The notes under the pieces were generated by a model. It did no database searches. It was given only the letters and a program-made list of their open reading frames with translations, and was not told where the DNA came from. Shown here piece by piece: positions 16,174-25,726 of a stretch of DNA of 64,000 nucleotides (the stretch's first letter is position 1; every line of letters begins with the position of its first letter). A program made the position numbers and the translations under genes. Source of the stretch: an uncultured delta proteobacterium. Its GTDB lineage: Bacteria > Myxococcota_A > Polyangia > Polyangiales > Polyangiaceae. The stretch lies in NCBI GenBank assembly GCA_963841435.1, contig CAWJCS010000002.1, forward strand, positions 1,024,001 to 1,088,000, written 5' to 3'.

Positions 16174-17901
16174 TCACTTGCTTTTCGTCGTCGCGGAGGT
16201 CTTCGGTGCCGCCGTGGTCTTCGGTGCCGCGGAGGTCTTCGGTGCCGCGGAGGTCTTCGGTGCCGCCGTGGTCTTCGGTGCCGCCGTGGTCTTCGGTGCC
16301 GCGGAGGTCTTCGGTGCCGCGGGGGTCTTCGGTGCCGCGGAGGTCTTCGGTGCCGCGGAGGTCTTCGGTGCCGCCGCGCCCTTCGTGGCGGTGGTCGGTG
16401 CTCCGTCGGGGGAGGGGACCTGCGCGCTCTTCGATGCGCTGGAGCTCGGGGCGAGCGGCGCCGACAAGGACGTGCCGCCCGGCAGGGTCGGCAGCGCCGA
16501 CGGCAGCCCACGGAGCGCAGGCAGGCCGGACGGGAGAGGAGGTAGGGCCAGCGCGGGAAGACCGGAGGCTCCCGGTAGCGCCGCGTTGCCGAGCTTCTCG
16601 AGCTCGTCGGGCAGGCTAGAGAGCTCGCTCGGCAAGAGCGTTTCGCCGAGTCGCTTGAGGTCGTCGAGCGTGAGCGGTTTGAGCCCACAGCCGACGCCGA
16701 TGCTGCGACCCACCTTCGCGCCCGGCAGATCGCTGGTCGTCGCGTTAACGGTGACGCGCACCGACACGGAGCCGCCCACGACCTGACGCGCCACCTTGCC
16801 GCCTTTTTGACCCACGGGGCGGCCGAGCAGGCGCCCGAGGCGCGACTCGGTGGCGGCCTGGGCGAGGGCGTCGCAAGGAAGGCTGCCCGTGAGGTCGAGC
16901 AGCACGCGCGCGTCGGCCGCGTCGCGCGTCAAGGTGCCGCCGCCGGTGAGCGAGAACTTGCCGGCGGTGACGCGCGTCTCGTGGAGCGTGATGGTGTTGC
17001 CGTCGGGGGCGAACGTGAGCGCGGTGTCGAGCGTCGTCACGTCGCCGAAGACGAAGCCGTCGATCTCCACCGGGTGCGGCGGCACATAGCCGACGAGCTC
17101 GAGATGCGCTTGCCCTCGCTCCGGCAACGCCGCCTCGCGCGAAGCAAACTCGACGACGATCGTGCCGCGGCCGCTCACGCCCTTCACGGGCAGCGGGATC
17201 GCGAAGGGCCCCGCGAGCCGTTCGAGCGGAACCGTGAGAAGCTCGAGCGTGACCTTGGGGCGCGGGACCGCGAGGTTGACCGTGACGCGCAAGGGAGCGC
17301 GCGCGAGCTCCGGATCACCGAGGCCGAGCGCGACGCTGGTCGCCGTGGCCGCCCAAGCAGCTCCGACGCGGCCGACCTCCGCCCCCGCCACGCGTGCATG
17401 CTCGGCGACGAGCGTCGTGCCCGCCGGCGAGAGCGTGACGGTCGCGTCGGCGAGCTCGAGCCAGGGAGGTTGCCCCGGGTCCGGCCGCCACGCGACGGAG
17501 ACGCGCGTCGCGCTCACGGGGAGCTGATAGGCGCTCGGGAACCGCTTCGACCAGGCGCCGATCTCGAGGTAGAGCTTCGGGAGGGAGCCGTCCGCTTCCA
17601 CGGCGAGGCCGTCGAAGTCGAGGCGCTCGAGCTCCCAGTCGGTGAGCTTCACGGCGAGCGATTCGATGCGCAGCGTGAGCCCGCTCACGCCGACGAGCCG
17701 CGCCTTGGAGTTGGCGAGCGACGCCTTCTGCCAGCCCCAACCGAGCGACCCGATCTCGAGCTCGACGCCCTGCTCGCGCGCGCGCCGGACGACCTCACGC
17801 GCGACGTAGCGGGGCACGAGCGCGAAGGCGACCGCCACGGCGAGCACGAGCACGACGAGCAGCGCCGCGCCGATCACGAGGAGCGCGCGCGTTGACTTCA
17901 C
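16174..17901 (-). CDS. Membrane-anchored AsmA-like protein with C-terminal (AAPKT[S/T/P])x10 tail
   Basis: N-terminal TM anchor, long beta-rich body, low-complexity basic tail. Confidence 0.65.
   Translation of the reverse strand: MKSTRALLVIGAALLVVLVLAVAVAFALVPRYVAREVVRRAREQGVELEIGSLGWGWQKASLANSKARLVGVSGLTLRIESLAVKLTDWELERLDFDGLAVEADGSLPKLYLEIGAWSKRFPSAYQLPVSATRVSVAWRPDPGQPPWLELADATVTLSPAGTTLVAEHARVAGAEVGRVGAAWAATATSVALGLGDPELARAPLRVTVNLAVPRPKVTLELLTVPLERLAGPFAIPLPVKGVSGRGTIVVEFASREAALPERGQAHLELVGYVPPHPVEIDGFVFGDVTTLDTALTFAPDGNTITLHETRVTAGKFSLTGGGTLTRDAADARVLLDLTGSLPCDALAQAATESRLGRLLGRPVGQKGGKVARQVVGGSVSVRVTVNATTSDLPGAKVGRSIGVGCGLKPLTLDDLKRLGETLLPSELSSLPDELEKLGNAALPGASGLPALALPPLPSGLPALRGLPSALPTLPGGTSLSAPLAPSSSASKSAQVPSPDGAPTTATKGAAAPKTSAAPKTSAAPKTPAAPKTSAAPKTTAAPKTTAAPKTSAAPKTSAAPKTTAAPKTSATTKSK
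16193..16372. repeat. Coding tandem repeat, 10 x 18 bp (GC[GGA/CGT/GGG]GGTCTTCGGTGCC)
   Basis: Ten contiguous 18-bp units counted directly. They vary only in one triplet. Confidence 0.95.
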
Positions 17902-18036
17902 GCGTGAAGCCTCGCGGAAGGACGCCCGCCGCCGGGCTTTCGGGCGGGCTCATGGTCGAGCGCGCGAGCGGGGAGCACGTCGGGTTTCCGGTGCATGTGG
18001 GCTCGGCTACGCTACGCTGCTCCTGTCGCGGTCGCC

Positions 18037-18504
<468 letters not shown>

Positions 18505-18539
18505 ACGGGCACGACGCCCGCCTCCTCGTCGGCTCCTGT

Positions 18540-19022
18540 TCAGAAGTTTGCGCGCACTCCGAAAAGTGGCCGACTTCCCAGCGTATCGAGCGCGACTGCC
18601 GGTGTCAGCGTGACCTGGTTGTGCCAGAGCTCTGCCGTGACGCCGCCGCCGATCGCCAGGAGGCCACTGACCCCGAAGAGCGCGATGCCGATCGCCTGAG
18701 TGCTGCGCGCGTCGGCGACGCGCTCGTGATAGGCGGCGCAGTCCGCGGACGCGAGATCGCTGCAGAAGCCCGGCGGTCGCGCGAGCTTGAAGTCCTCGGC
18801 CTCCGCCCGCTGCGACTTCGCCTGGAACAGGCTGGCGACCCCGACTCCGAGGCTCGCGAGCGAGAGCGTGTAGAAGCCGCCGACGACGAAGAGCTTCGGC
18901 GTGGAGGGCTCACCCGGGGAAGTGCCGTAAAAGAATCGATCCGCGAACGACGACTCGGCGCGCGCGGTCGCCGAGAGCGACAGCGCGAGAAGCAACGTCA
19001 GGGCCGTCAGCGAGCGGTGCAT
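18540..19022 (-). CDS. Secreted/membrane hypothetical protein resembling the C-terminal module of TPR-PEGA proteins
   Basis: Signal peptide, two hydrophobic helices flanking a Cys pair, terminal beta-strand ending in F. Confidence 0.65.
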   Translation of the reverse strand: MHRSLTALTLLLALSLSATARAESSFADRFFYGTSPGEPSTPKLFVVGGFYTLSLASLGVGVASLFQAKSQRAEAEDFKLARPPGFCSDLASADCAAYHERVADARSTQAIGIALFGVSGLLAIGGGVTAELWHNQVTLTPAVALDTLGSRPLFGVRANF

Positions 19023-19043
19023 CGCGATGCCTCGTAGCATGGA

Positions 19044-19862
19044 TCAGAGGAAGAAATCTGGCGCGAGCTCGCCGCCCAGCGTCACGGAGTAGCCATCGAG
19101 GTCGGTGACGCCTGCTTCACGGAGCGCGTCCTCGTCGATGAAGAAGCGGCCCGTCGTCGTGCGGCTCGGCCGCGTCAGGATGGCGTAAGCAGCGTCGGCG
19201 ACGATCTCGGGGCGGCGCGAACGGGCCACGAGCGCCGCGCCACCGAGCAGGTTCTCGATGGCCGCCGTGGCGATGGCCGTGCGCGGCCAGAGTCCGTTGA
19301 CGGCGATGCCCTGCGTGCCGAGCTCCGCGGCAAGCCCCAGCACGCAGAGGCTCATGCCCACCTTCGACAGCGTGTAGGCGAGGTGCGGCGCGTACCAGCG
19401 CGGGTCGAGCGTCGGCGGCGGGCACAGCACGAGAATGTGGGGGTTCACGGCGCGCGCGAGGTGCGGGATGCAAGCGCGCGAGCAGAGGAAGGTGCCGCGC
19501 GTGTTGACGGAGTGCATCAGGTCGAAGCGCTTCATCTCCGTGGCGAGGGTGCCGGTGAGCTGGATGGCGCTCGCGTTGTTCACCAGGATGTCGATACCGC
19601 CGAAGCGCGACACCGCGGCCTCGACGGCGGCAGCGACTTGCTCCTCGGAGCGCACGTCGGCCACGCAGGCGAGCGCCTGGCCGCCGGCCGCCTCGATCTC
19701 CCGGGCCGCGTCGTGCACGGTGCCGGCGAGCTTGGGGTGGGGCGTGTCGGTCTTGCCGAGCACCACGACGTTGGCGCCGTCGCGCGCCGCACAGAGGGCG
19801 ATCGCCTTGCCGATACCCCGCGTCGCGCCCGTGACGAGTAGCGTCTTGCCAGCCAGGCTCAT
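19044..19862 (-). CDS. SDR oxidoreductase (HSDL2-like)
   Basis: TGATRGIG, HPKLAGT, LVNNASAI, Y..SK and VNGLWPRTAIAT. Confidence 0.9.
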   Translation of the reverse strand: MSLAGKTLLVTGATRGIGKAIALCAARDGANVVVLGKTDTPHPKLAGTVHDAAREIEAAGGQALACVADVRSEEQVAAAVEAAVSRFGGIDILVNNASAIQLTGTLATEMKRFDLMHSVNTRGTFLCSRACIPHLARAVNPHILVLCPPPTLDPRWYAPHLAYTLSKVGMSLCVLGLAAELGTQGIAVNGLWPRTAIATAAIENLLGGAALVARSRRPEIVADAAYAILTRPSRTTTGRFFIDEDALREAGVTDLDGYSVTLGGELAPDFFL

Positions 19863-19882
19863 GCCGGGGCGATAATAGGACC

Positions 19883-20377
19883 GTGACCCGCCCGCGTGAA
19901 GTCAGCGTCTGCTTCGTTTGTCTGGGAAACATCTGTCGGTCGCCGACCGCGGAGGGGGTGATGCGGCACCTTTTGCGGCAGGCAGGGCTCGACGAGGCGG
20001 TCCACGTCGAGAGCGCCGGCACGGCGGGCTACCACGCGGGTGAGCCGCCCGACCGGCGCGCTCGAGCCGCCGGCGCCCGTCGCGGCATCGTCATCGACGG
20101 CGCCGCGCGGCGCTTCGAGCCTGCCGACTGGGAGCGTTTCGACTACGTGCTCGCGCTGGACCGCGCGAACTACGAGGATCTCGCTGCGACGGCTCCGCGG
20201 GGCGCCACGACCGAAAAGCTCTTCCTGCTGCGGTCGTTCGACCCGCAGTCGCCCTCGGGAGCAAACGTTCCGGACCCCTACTACGGGGGCGACGAAGGCT
20301 TCGACGAGGTCATCGATCTCTGCCTCGCGGCGTGCACCGGGCTCCTCGAGCGCATTCGACGCGAGCGCGAGCCGTGA
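19883..20377 (+). CDS. Low-molecular-weight protein tyrosine phosphatase
   Basis: VCLGNICRSPTAE and VPDPYYG. Confidence 0.95.
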   Translation: MTRPREVSVCFVCLGNICRSPTAEGVMRHLLRQAGLDEAVHVESAGTAGYHAGEPPDRRARAAGARRGIVIDGAARRFEPADWERFDYVLALDRANYEDLAATAPRGATTEKLFLLRSFDPQSPSGANVPDPYYGGDEGFDEVIDLCLAACTGLLERIRREREP

Positions 20378-21246
20378 CGGAGCTCGGCGCGCCCCTCGCC
20401 GCCGCGCTCGCGGCCGTGCTCGGTGCGCCCGTCCGTTCGGCCGAGCGCCTGGGCGGCGGGGACATCAACGACGCTTTCGGGGTACGGCTCGCCGATGGCC
20501 GCGCCATTTTCGTGAAGACGAACGCGCGGAGCCCCACGGGAATGTTCGCCGCCGAGGCGCGGGGCCTCGCGTTCCTCGCCGAGGCGGGGGCCCTGCGGGT
20601 GCCCGCGGTGCTCGCCGTGGGCGGTGCCGGAGGGCCGGATTTTTTGGCGCTCGAGCTCATCACTCCCGCGAGCCGGCGCCAGAGCTTCGACGAGGAGCTC
20701 GGCCGGGGCCTCGCGGCCCTGCACCGGACGCACGCTTCGTCGTTCGGCCTCGACCACGACAACTTCATCGGTAGCCTGCCGCAATCGAACCGTGCACATG
20801 CGCGCTGGGGCGACTTTTATCGTGACGAGCGACTCGAGCCACAGCTCGCTCGGGCCGTGGCGTCGGGGCGCGCCACGAGCGCGCTCAGACGTGGCTTCGA
20901 GCGGCTCTTCGCGAGGCTCGACGAGCTCGTGGGTCCCCCCGAGCCGCCGGCGCGCCTGCACGGCGATCTCTGGTCGGGTAATCTCCACGTTGACGACGAG
21001 GGCGCGCCGTGCCTGATCGATCCAGCGGTCTACGGCGGGCATCGCGAGGTGGATCTGGCGATGATGCGCCTGTTCGGCGGCTTCTCGGAGCGGGTCCACG
21101 CCGCCTACGCCGAGGCGTTTCCGCTCGCGCCCGGCTCGGACGAGCGCGTCGCGCTCTACCAGCTCTACCCGCTCATGGTGCACGTCAATCTGTTCGGCGG
21201 TGGCTATGCAGCCTCCGTCGAGGGCGTGCTGACGCGTTACGTTTGA
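20374..21246 (+). CDS. Fructosamine/ribulosamine 3-kinase family
   Basis: GGGDIN, LHGDLWSGN and IDPAVYGGHREVDLAM. GTGA overlap with the phosphatase stop. Confidence 0.95.
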   Translation: MTELGAPLAAALAAVLGAPVRSAERLGGGDINDAFGVRLADGRAIFVKTNARSPTGMFAAEARGLAFLAEAGALRVPAVLAVGGAGGPDFLALELITPASRRQSFDEELGRGLAALHRTHASSFGLDHDNFIGSLPQSNRAHARWGDFYRDERLEPQLARAVASGRATSALRRGFERLFARLDELVGPPEPPARLHGDLWSGNLHVDDEGAPCLIDPAVYGGHREVDLAMMRLFGGFSERVHAAYAEAFPLAPGSDERVALYQLYPLMVHVNLFGGGYAASVEGVLTRYV

Positions 21247-21258
21247 GCTCGAGCGCCG

Positions 21259-21720
21259 TCAGTCGCGGCAGGCTTTGGCGGCTGCTTCGTACTTGGCGTT
21301 GGCCGTCTTCAGCGCCGCCGAGAGGATCTTGTAGTTGTCCTTGCCGAAGTAACCGTTGAACGCCTGGTCGGCCGCGTCGCGCGCGGGATCCGACGTTTTC
21401 CACGTGATCTTTTCGTAGGCGAACGAGGTGAACACCATCTCGGCTTGCTTCTCGATCTGGGAGAACGTTTTAACGTGCTCCGCCTTTTTCGCGTCGGATA
21501 GATCCTCGTACTCGAGCGACCCGTTGAGGCGGGCCGCACCGGCCTGGGACATGACGGTCTTCCAGGCGTCGGAGGCGGCGAGGCGCGCGCGCGTGCACTC
21601 TTCGCCCTTCGCGCAGCCGAGCGTACCCACGAGCGCGAGCAGCGGGACGAGCAAGTGAGCGCGCGAACGTTGCCGCGAGGGGCCCTCGGCCGATTGGACC
21701 ACGGCTGTGTGTTTTTTCAC
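21259..21720 (-). CDS. Lipoprotein, hypothetical
   Basis: AAGGAGG Shine-Dalgarno before GTG21720, lipobox TLGC, helical body. Confidence 0.7.
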   Translation of the reverse strand: MKKHTAVVQSAEGPSRQRSRAHLLVPLLALVGTLGCAKGEECTRARLAASDAWKTVMSQAGAARLNGSLEYEDLSDAKKAEHVKTFSQIEKQAEMVFTSFAYEKITWKTSDPARDAADQAFNGYFGKDNYKILSAALKTANAKYEAAAKACRD

Positions 21721-21928
21721 GGGACCTCCTTCCCGCCCGGATTTCGGGGCGGCAGGCGGGATTGATTGTACCACCCGCGCGGCGCCTCGGCGCGCCCGAC
21801 AAGTCCGTATTTTTGGCGCCTCGGGGCGGCCGGTGCTCGGGCGGCGGCCGGGTCGCGGTCCGGTGGAGACGATTGCAGGGGCGCGCCAAATCGACGACGC
21901 TACCCCAACCCGCGGTCGCCTCTCCTCC

Positions 21929-23623
21929 ATGCCCCCTCCCCCAAGAAATCCGCCCCCGCTCGGTCCGGGCACGGTGGTCAACGATCGCTACGAGATCCGC
22001 CAGAGTCTCGGCAAGGGAGGCATGGGTGAGGTGTTCCTGGCGTACGACCGAACCACGCAGCAGCCCGTCGCGCTCAAGGTCGTGCGTGAGGAATCGCGCA
22101 TGCCCGGCGACGACGAGGCGCTCCGTCAGGAGCTCTTGCTAGCCCGCTCGGTGAGCCACCCGAACGTCTGTCGCGTGCACGACCTCAGCCAGAGCCCCTG
22201 GGGACCCATCCTCGTGATGGAGCACATCGCGGGCCAGACGTTGCACACGCACATCCGGCGTCGCAAGGCGCAAGGGGGCTATACCGCCGACGAGTTCCGC
22301 AAGATTGCGAGCGAGTCGGCGGCGGGGCTCGCCGCGATCCACGCTCAGGGTCTCGTCCACGGTGACCTCAAGCCGGGCAACGTGATGGTGACGAGCGATC
22401 GAGCCATCATCCTGGACTTCGGCTTCGCTCAGGAGCGCGCGCGCTTGAGCGCTCGCAGGCCTGGCGCGCCGCCCGACGGCGGGACGCCCAATTACATGGC
22501 TCCGGAGCGGCTCCGCTCGGGCGGGGCGAGCCCCGAGGACGACATGTACGCGCTCGGGCTCACGCTCTGGGAAATGTGGACGTGCCGGGTCCCCGAGCCT
22601 GGCTACCGGCCGCGGGCGAAGCCCATGCGCTCGCAGATCATGTTCGACGTGCCGTCGTCGCTCTCGGTGGACGAGATCAAGCAGATTTTTCGCTGCCTCA
22701 CGGATGATCCGATCTTGCGCCCGTCGGCACGGCACCTCAGGTTCTTCAACCCCACCTCGCTCACGACCAGCCAGGTGCAGATCCCCCGCGAGCGCATCGG
22801 CCCCGGTCCCCCGCCTGGGCGTGGCGCGAGCGAGCTGTTCGTGCCCGGAGCGCAGTCGCTGCTCGTCACCTATTCGGCCAACGCGCCCGACGCGGCCGGC
22901 ACGATGTTCTCGCTCGGCAAGGCGGTGATCACGATCGGCCGCCGCGCGGGCCAGGACATCGTCATGCCCGAGCCGACCGTCTCCGGCTCGCACGCCGCGC
23001 TGCGCTGGCAAGCCGGATCCTGGTCGATCGAGGACACGGGCAGCACCAACGGCACGTTTGCCGACTACGGCTTCGACCGCAAGCAGACCATCACGCTGCT
23101 CCACGGCTCGGAGGTCCAGCTCGGCGAGTCGCGCGTGAAGCTCGTGAGCTTCGCCGAGGGGTCGCCCCAGCACGAGCGCGCGAAGGCGTACCTCTCGCGC
23201 CGCGACGGCCTCACGGGGCTGCTCTCGCGCGATCAGCTCGTCCGCTCGCTCGAGGACGATCGCGCGTTTGCCGAGTGGTCGGCGGCGCCGCTCTCGATCG
23301 CGCGCTACCAGGTGCGCGGCCCCAATCGCCACGTCAGCGATCGACCGGCAATCCTCGAGATGCTGGCGCTTCGGCGCGCGGCGCAGCGCGTCGTGGAGCT
23401 AACGGAGATGCTCCTGCTCAGCCTGGTGCCGGTCACGGGCGGGCGCACCGGGCCGCTCAAGTTCGCGATCGCGATGACGGGTCCGAGCCTCGACGAGGCG
23501 CGCAACGTCGTCGAGCAGGTCGTGTCGCAGGTCCAGGGTCTGATGCCAGAAACGCTCGATTTGGCTGCGACCATCGTGAGAGCCGAACCGGGCCAGAACG
23601 TCGCGACCCTGCTCGACGACTAG
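21929..23623 (+). CDS. Ser/Thr protein kinase - FHA - degenerate GGDEF-like fusion
   Basis: Kinase motifs GKGGMG, VALK, HGDLKPGN, DFG and YMAPE. FHA motifs IGR..., VSGSHA and D.GSTNGT. C-terminal DGLTGL and GRTGPLKF. Confidence 0.85.
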   Translation: MPPPPRNPPPLGPGTVVNDRYEIRQSLGKGGMGEVFLAYDRTTQQPVALKVVREESRMPGDDEALRQELLLARSVSHPNVCRVHDLSQSPWGPILVMEHIAGQTLHTHIRRRKAQGGYTADEFRKIASESAAGLAAIHAQGLVHGDLKPGNVMVTSDRAIILDFGFAQERARLSARRPGAPPDGGTPNYMAPERLRSGGASPEDDMYALGLTLWEMWTCRVPEPGYRPRAKPMRSQIMFDVPSSLSVDEIKQIFRCLTDDPILRPSARHLRFFNPTSLTTSQVQIPRERIGPGPPPGRGASELFVPGAQSLLVTYSANAPDAAGTMFSLGKAVITIGRRAGQDIVMPEPTVSGSHAALRWQAGSWSIEDTGSTNGTFADYGFDRKQTITLLHGSEVQLGESRVKLVSFAEGSPQHERAKAYLSRRDGLTGLLSRDQLVRSLEDDRAFAEWSAAPLSIARYQVRGPNRHVSDRPAILEMLALRRAAQRVVELTEMLLLSLVPVTGGRTGPLKFAIAMTGPSLDEARNVVEQVVSQVQGLMPETLDLAATIVRAEPGQNVATLLDD

Positions 23624-23680
23624 TCCTCCCCGTCGTTCTAGGCCTTGCTCGGCGACTGGTCGTCGCGCATGGTTGCCGTC

Positions 23681-24370
23681 ATGGCGCGCCCTCCGCGCTC
23701 GTCCATCCCATCGCTTTCCGGCGAGCCGCGTCTCAGGCGGCTCGGCCAGGGTTCGAGTGCCAGCCTCGATCGGCCGCTCAGGGCGCAGCTCGTCGTGGCG
23801 GGTGTCGCCGGTGTGATTCTCATGGCGGTGCCGCTCTATCTGATGCGCCGTCCGTCGGTCGCGCCCGCCGCCGGTGCCGAGCCGAGCGTGCCACCGAGCG
23901 CCCAGAAACCGGCGGTGGCACCGGTCGCGATCGACGCGGGGCCGGCGCCGCAAAAGGCGGTCGAGCGCGTGAAGCTCGCGCCGGCGCAGCGCGTGAAGTG
24001 CGGCTCCTCGCCCGCGAACTCGCGGCTCGCCGGCGGCATGTGCGACGCGCTGCCTGCCGTGGAGAAGGCGCTCGCGACGGCAGTTCAGGCCGCGGTCAAC
24101 TGCGCGCCCAAGCAGAAGGACGAGGGCACCATCAACTACGTCCTCTCCCTCGACTTCACGAAGAAGCAGTACCACGTGTTTCCCGGCGCGAGCGGCAGCT
24201 GGCGCGGGCCGCAGGCGCGGCGCAGCGCGGATTGCGTGAACCGCGTGTTTTCCGCGCCGGACTGGGCGGCGCTGCCGCACCAGTACCGCTACTATTGGCT
24301 GGCCGTGCTCGCGACCTATCCGTCGCCGTCGGCGCTCGCCTTGCCCTCGGGCACGCCGACGTTCGAGTGA
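23681..24370 (+). CDS. Single-TM hypothetical protein
   Basis: TM helix, Pro/Ala linker, Cys-containing C-terminal domain. Confidence 0.65.
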   Translation: MARPPRSSIPSLSGEPRLRRLGQGSSASLDRPLRAQLVVAGVAGVILMAVPLYLMRRPSVAPAAGAEPSVPPSAQKPAVAPVAIDAGPAPQKAVERVKLAPAQRVKCGSSPANSRLAGGMCDALPAVEKALATAVQAAVNCAPKQKDEGTINYVLSLDFTKKQYHVFPGASGSWRGPQARRSADCVNRVFSAPDWAALPHQYRYYWLAVLATYPSPSALALPSGTPTFE

Positions 24371-24975
24371 GGCGCGGGGCGCTCGTCGGGCAACTCTCCG
24401 GGCAGCACGAGCTCGCCTTCGAGCGCGACGCCCGCGACGGCGGCGCCGAGCACCGCGCGCCGTTCGGCCGCGGGTGTCCGCCGGCGTAGCTCGGCGAGGC
24501 GCTCGGAGAACCCCGCGAGATCGGCGCGGGCGAAGGCGGACTCGAAGAGCTCCCGCAAGCGGCGAGCGAGCGCCGGCGCTTCTCCCTGGCTGCCGAAGGC
24601 GGCGAACACCTTGCCAGCGCGTGCGATGGCAAGATGCGAAAAGCTGCCGACGCGCGGATCGTCCACGGCGCAGAAGAAGACGCGCTCGGCCTCGCAGGCC
24701 AGAGCGAGGCGATCGGCGAGCGCCTCGTCGCGCGTCGCCTGAACGACGAGCCAGTTGCCCGCGACGTCCTCGGCACGGGCCTCGCGAGCGGAGAGCTCGA
24801 TGACCCCGCGTTCCGAAAGCTCGCGCAGGCTTTCGTCGGGGCTCGGCGCGACGACGTGCACGCGGGCGCCGGCAGCGGCGAGCGCCTGGGCGCGCGCGGC
24901 CGCTTCCCCACCGCCTGCGACCAGAACGCGCCGCCCTGCGAGGCGGAGCGCGATGGGGAAGGCGGCGCTCGTCAC
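24316..24975 (-). CDS. Precorrin-2 dehydrogenase/sirohydrochlorin ferrochelatase (CysG N-terminal/SirC-like)
   Basis: FPIALRLAGRRVLVAGGG.AA, FCAVDDP and G.APALARRLRE. The 3' end overlaps the convergent gene by about 55 nt. Confidence 0.85.
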   Translation of the reverse strand: MTSAAFPIALRLAGRRVLVAGGGEAAARAQALAAAGARVHVVAPSPDESLRELSERGVIELSAREARAEDVAGNWLVVQATRDEALADRLALACEAERVFFCAVDDPRVGSFSHLAIARAGKVFAAFGSQGEAPALARRLRELFESAFARADLAGFSERLAELRRRTPAAERRAVLGAAVAGVALEGELVLPGELPDERPAPHSNVGVPEGKASADGDG

Positions 24976-25027
24976 CCGCTTTTCGTAGCACGAAGGCGCT
25001 CGCGACGGCGGCAGGGGCGCCGGCACC

Positions 25028-25726
25028 TCAGCGCGCGCGCGCTTCCTCCTGCCGGCTGCTGAACGGCGCCGGCACCTGCGGTCGCGTTTGGAAGCGCACG
25101 TCGCGCTCGGCGTCGCCGATGCGCTGCAAAAAGAGCCCGGCAAAAGTGCTGAACAGCGCATCCCCGGGCGCCACGGTGCCCGTGCTGCTCGGACGCATCA
25201 CCCAGCGCTTGAGCTTCTGGAGCACCTCGGGGCTCACGGGGTTGATCTGGATGCTGCCCTTTACCGTGAGCGCTGCTCCGCGCGGCACCTGCGTTGCGTC
25301 GCCCGCGAGCAGCCGATGGGCCTCCGCGCAGCGCCGCAGCACGCCCTCGAGCGTCGTGGTCCAGCGCACCTGGCTCGAGCCGGGGCGCACGATCTCGACG
25401 TGGTACGCCTCCTCCCAGACGTGCCAGGTGACGCGGCAGGTCTGGGTGGTGCTCGAGAGCGGCTCGCTCGCTCCAGCGCGCTGCACCGTCGCCGCCAGCA
25501 CGATCGTCGTGGGCAACCCGCGGCTCAGCTTGGTCTTGATGCTGCTGTCGAGCACGTCGCGAAAGCCCAAATCGAGATAGAGGAGGTTGTGATCGGTGTC
25601 CCACTCGAGCTTCGCGTCGCGCTGCACGATGGGCGGCGCCTCCTGCGCCGAAGCAGCGCTCGACACCAAAAAGGGTGCCGCGACGGCGAGCGCGAACCAC
25701 AGCCAGGCGGCAAGCCGCCTATTCAC
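25028..25726 (-). CDS. DUF4390-like exported protein
   Basis: Signal peptide, L.RGLPTTI and RVTWHVWEEAYHV pattern. Confidence 0.6.
   Translation of the reverse strand: MNRRLAAWLWFALAVAAPFLVSSAASAQEAPPIVQRDAKLEWDTDHNLLYLDLGFRDVLDSSIKTKLSRGLPTTIVLAATVQRAGASEPLSSTTQTCRVTWHVWEEAYHVEIVRPGSSQVRWTTTLEGVLRRCAEAHRLLAGDATQVPRGAALTVKGSIQINPVSPEVLQKLKRWVMRPSSTGTVAPGDALFSTFAGLFLQRIGDAERDVRFQTRPQVPAPFSSRQEEARAR

Noticed and set aside
16193-16372. Regular repeat array resembling a CRISPR
   Set aside because: Units are contiguous 18-mers with no unique spacers, they stay in frame within a CDS, and there are no cas genes in the window.
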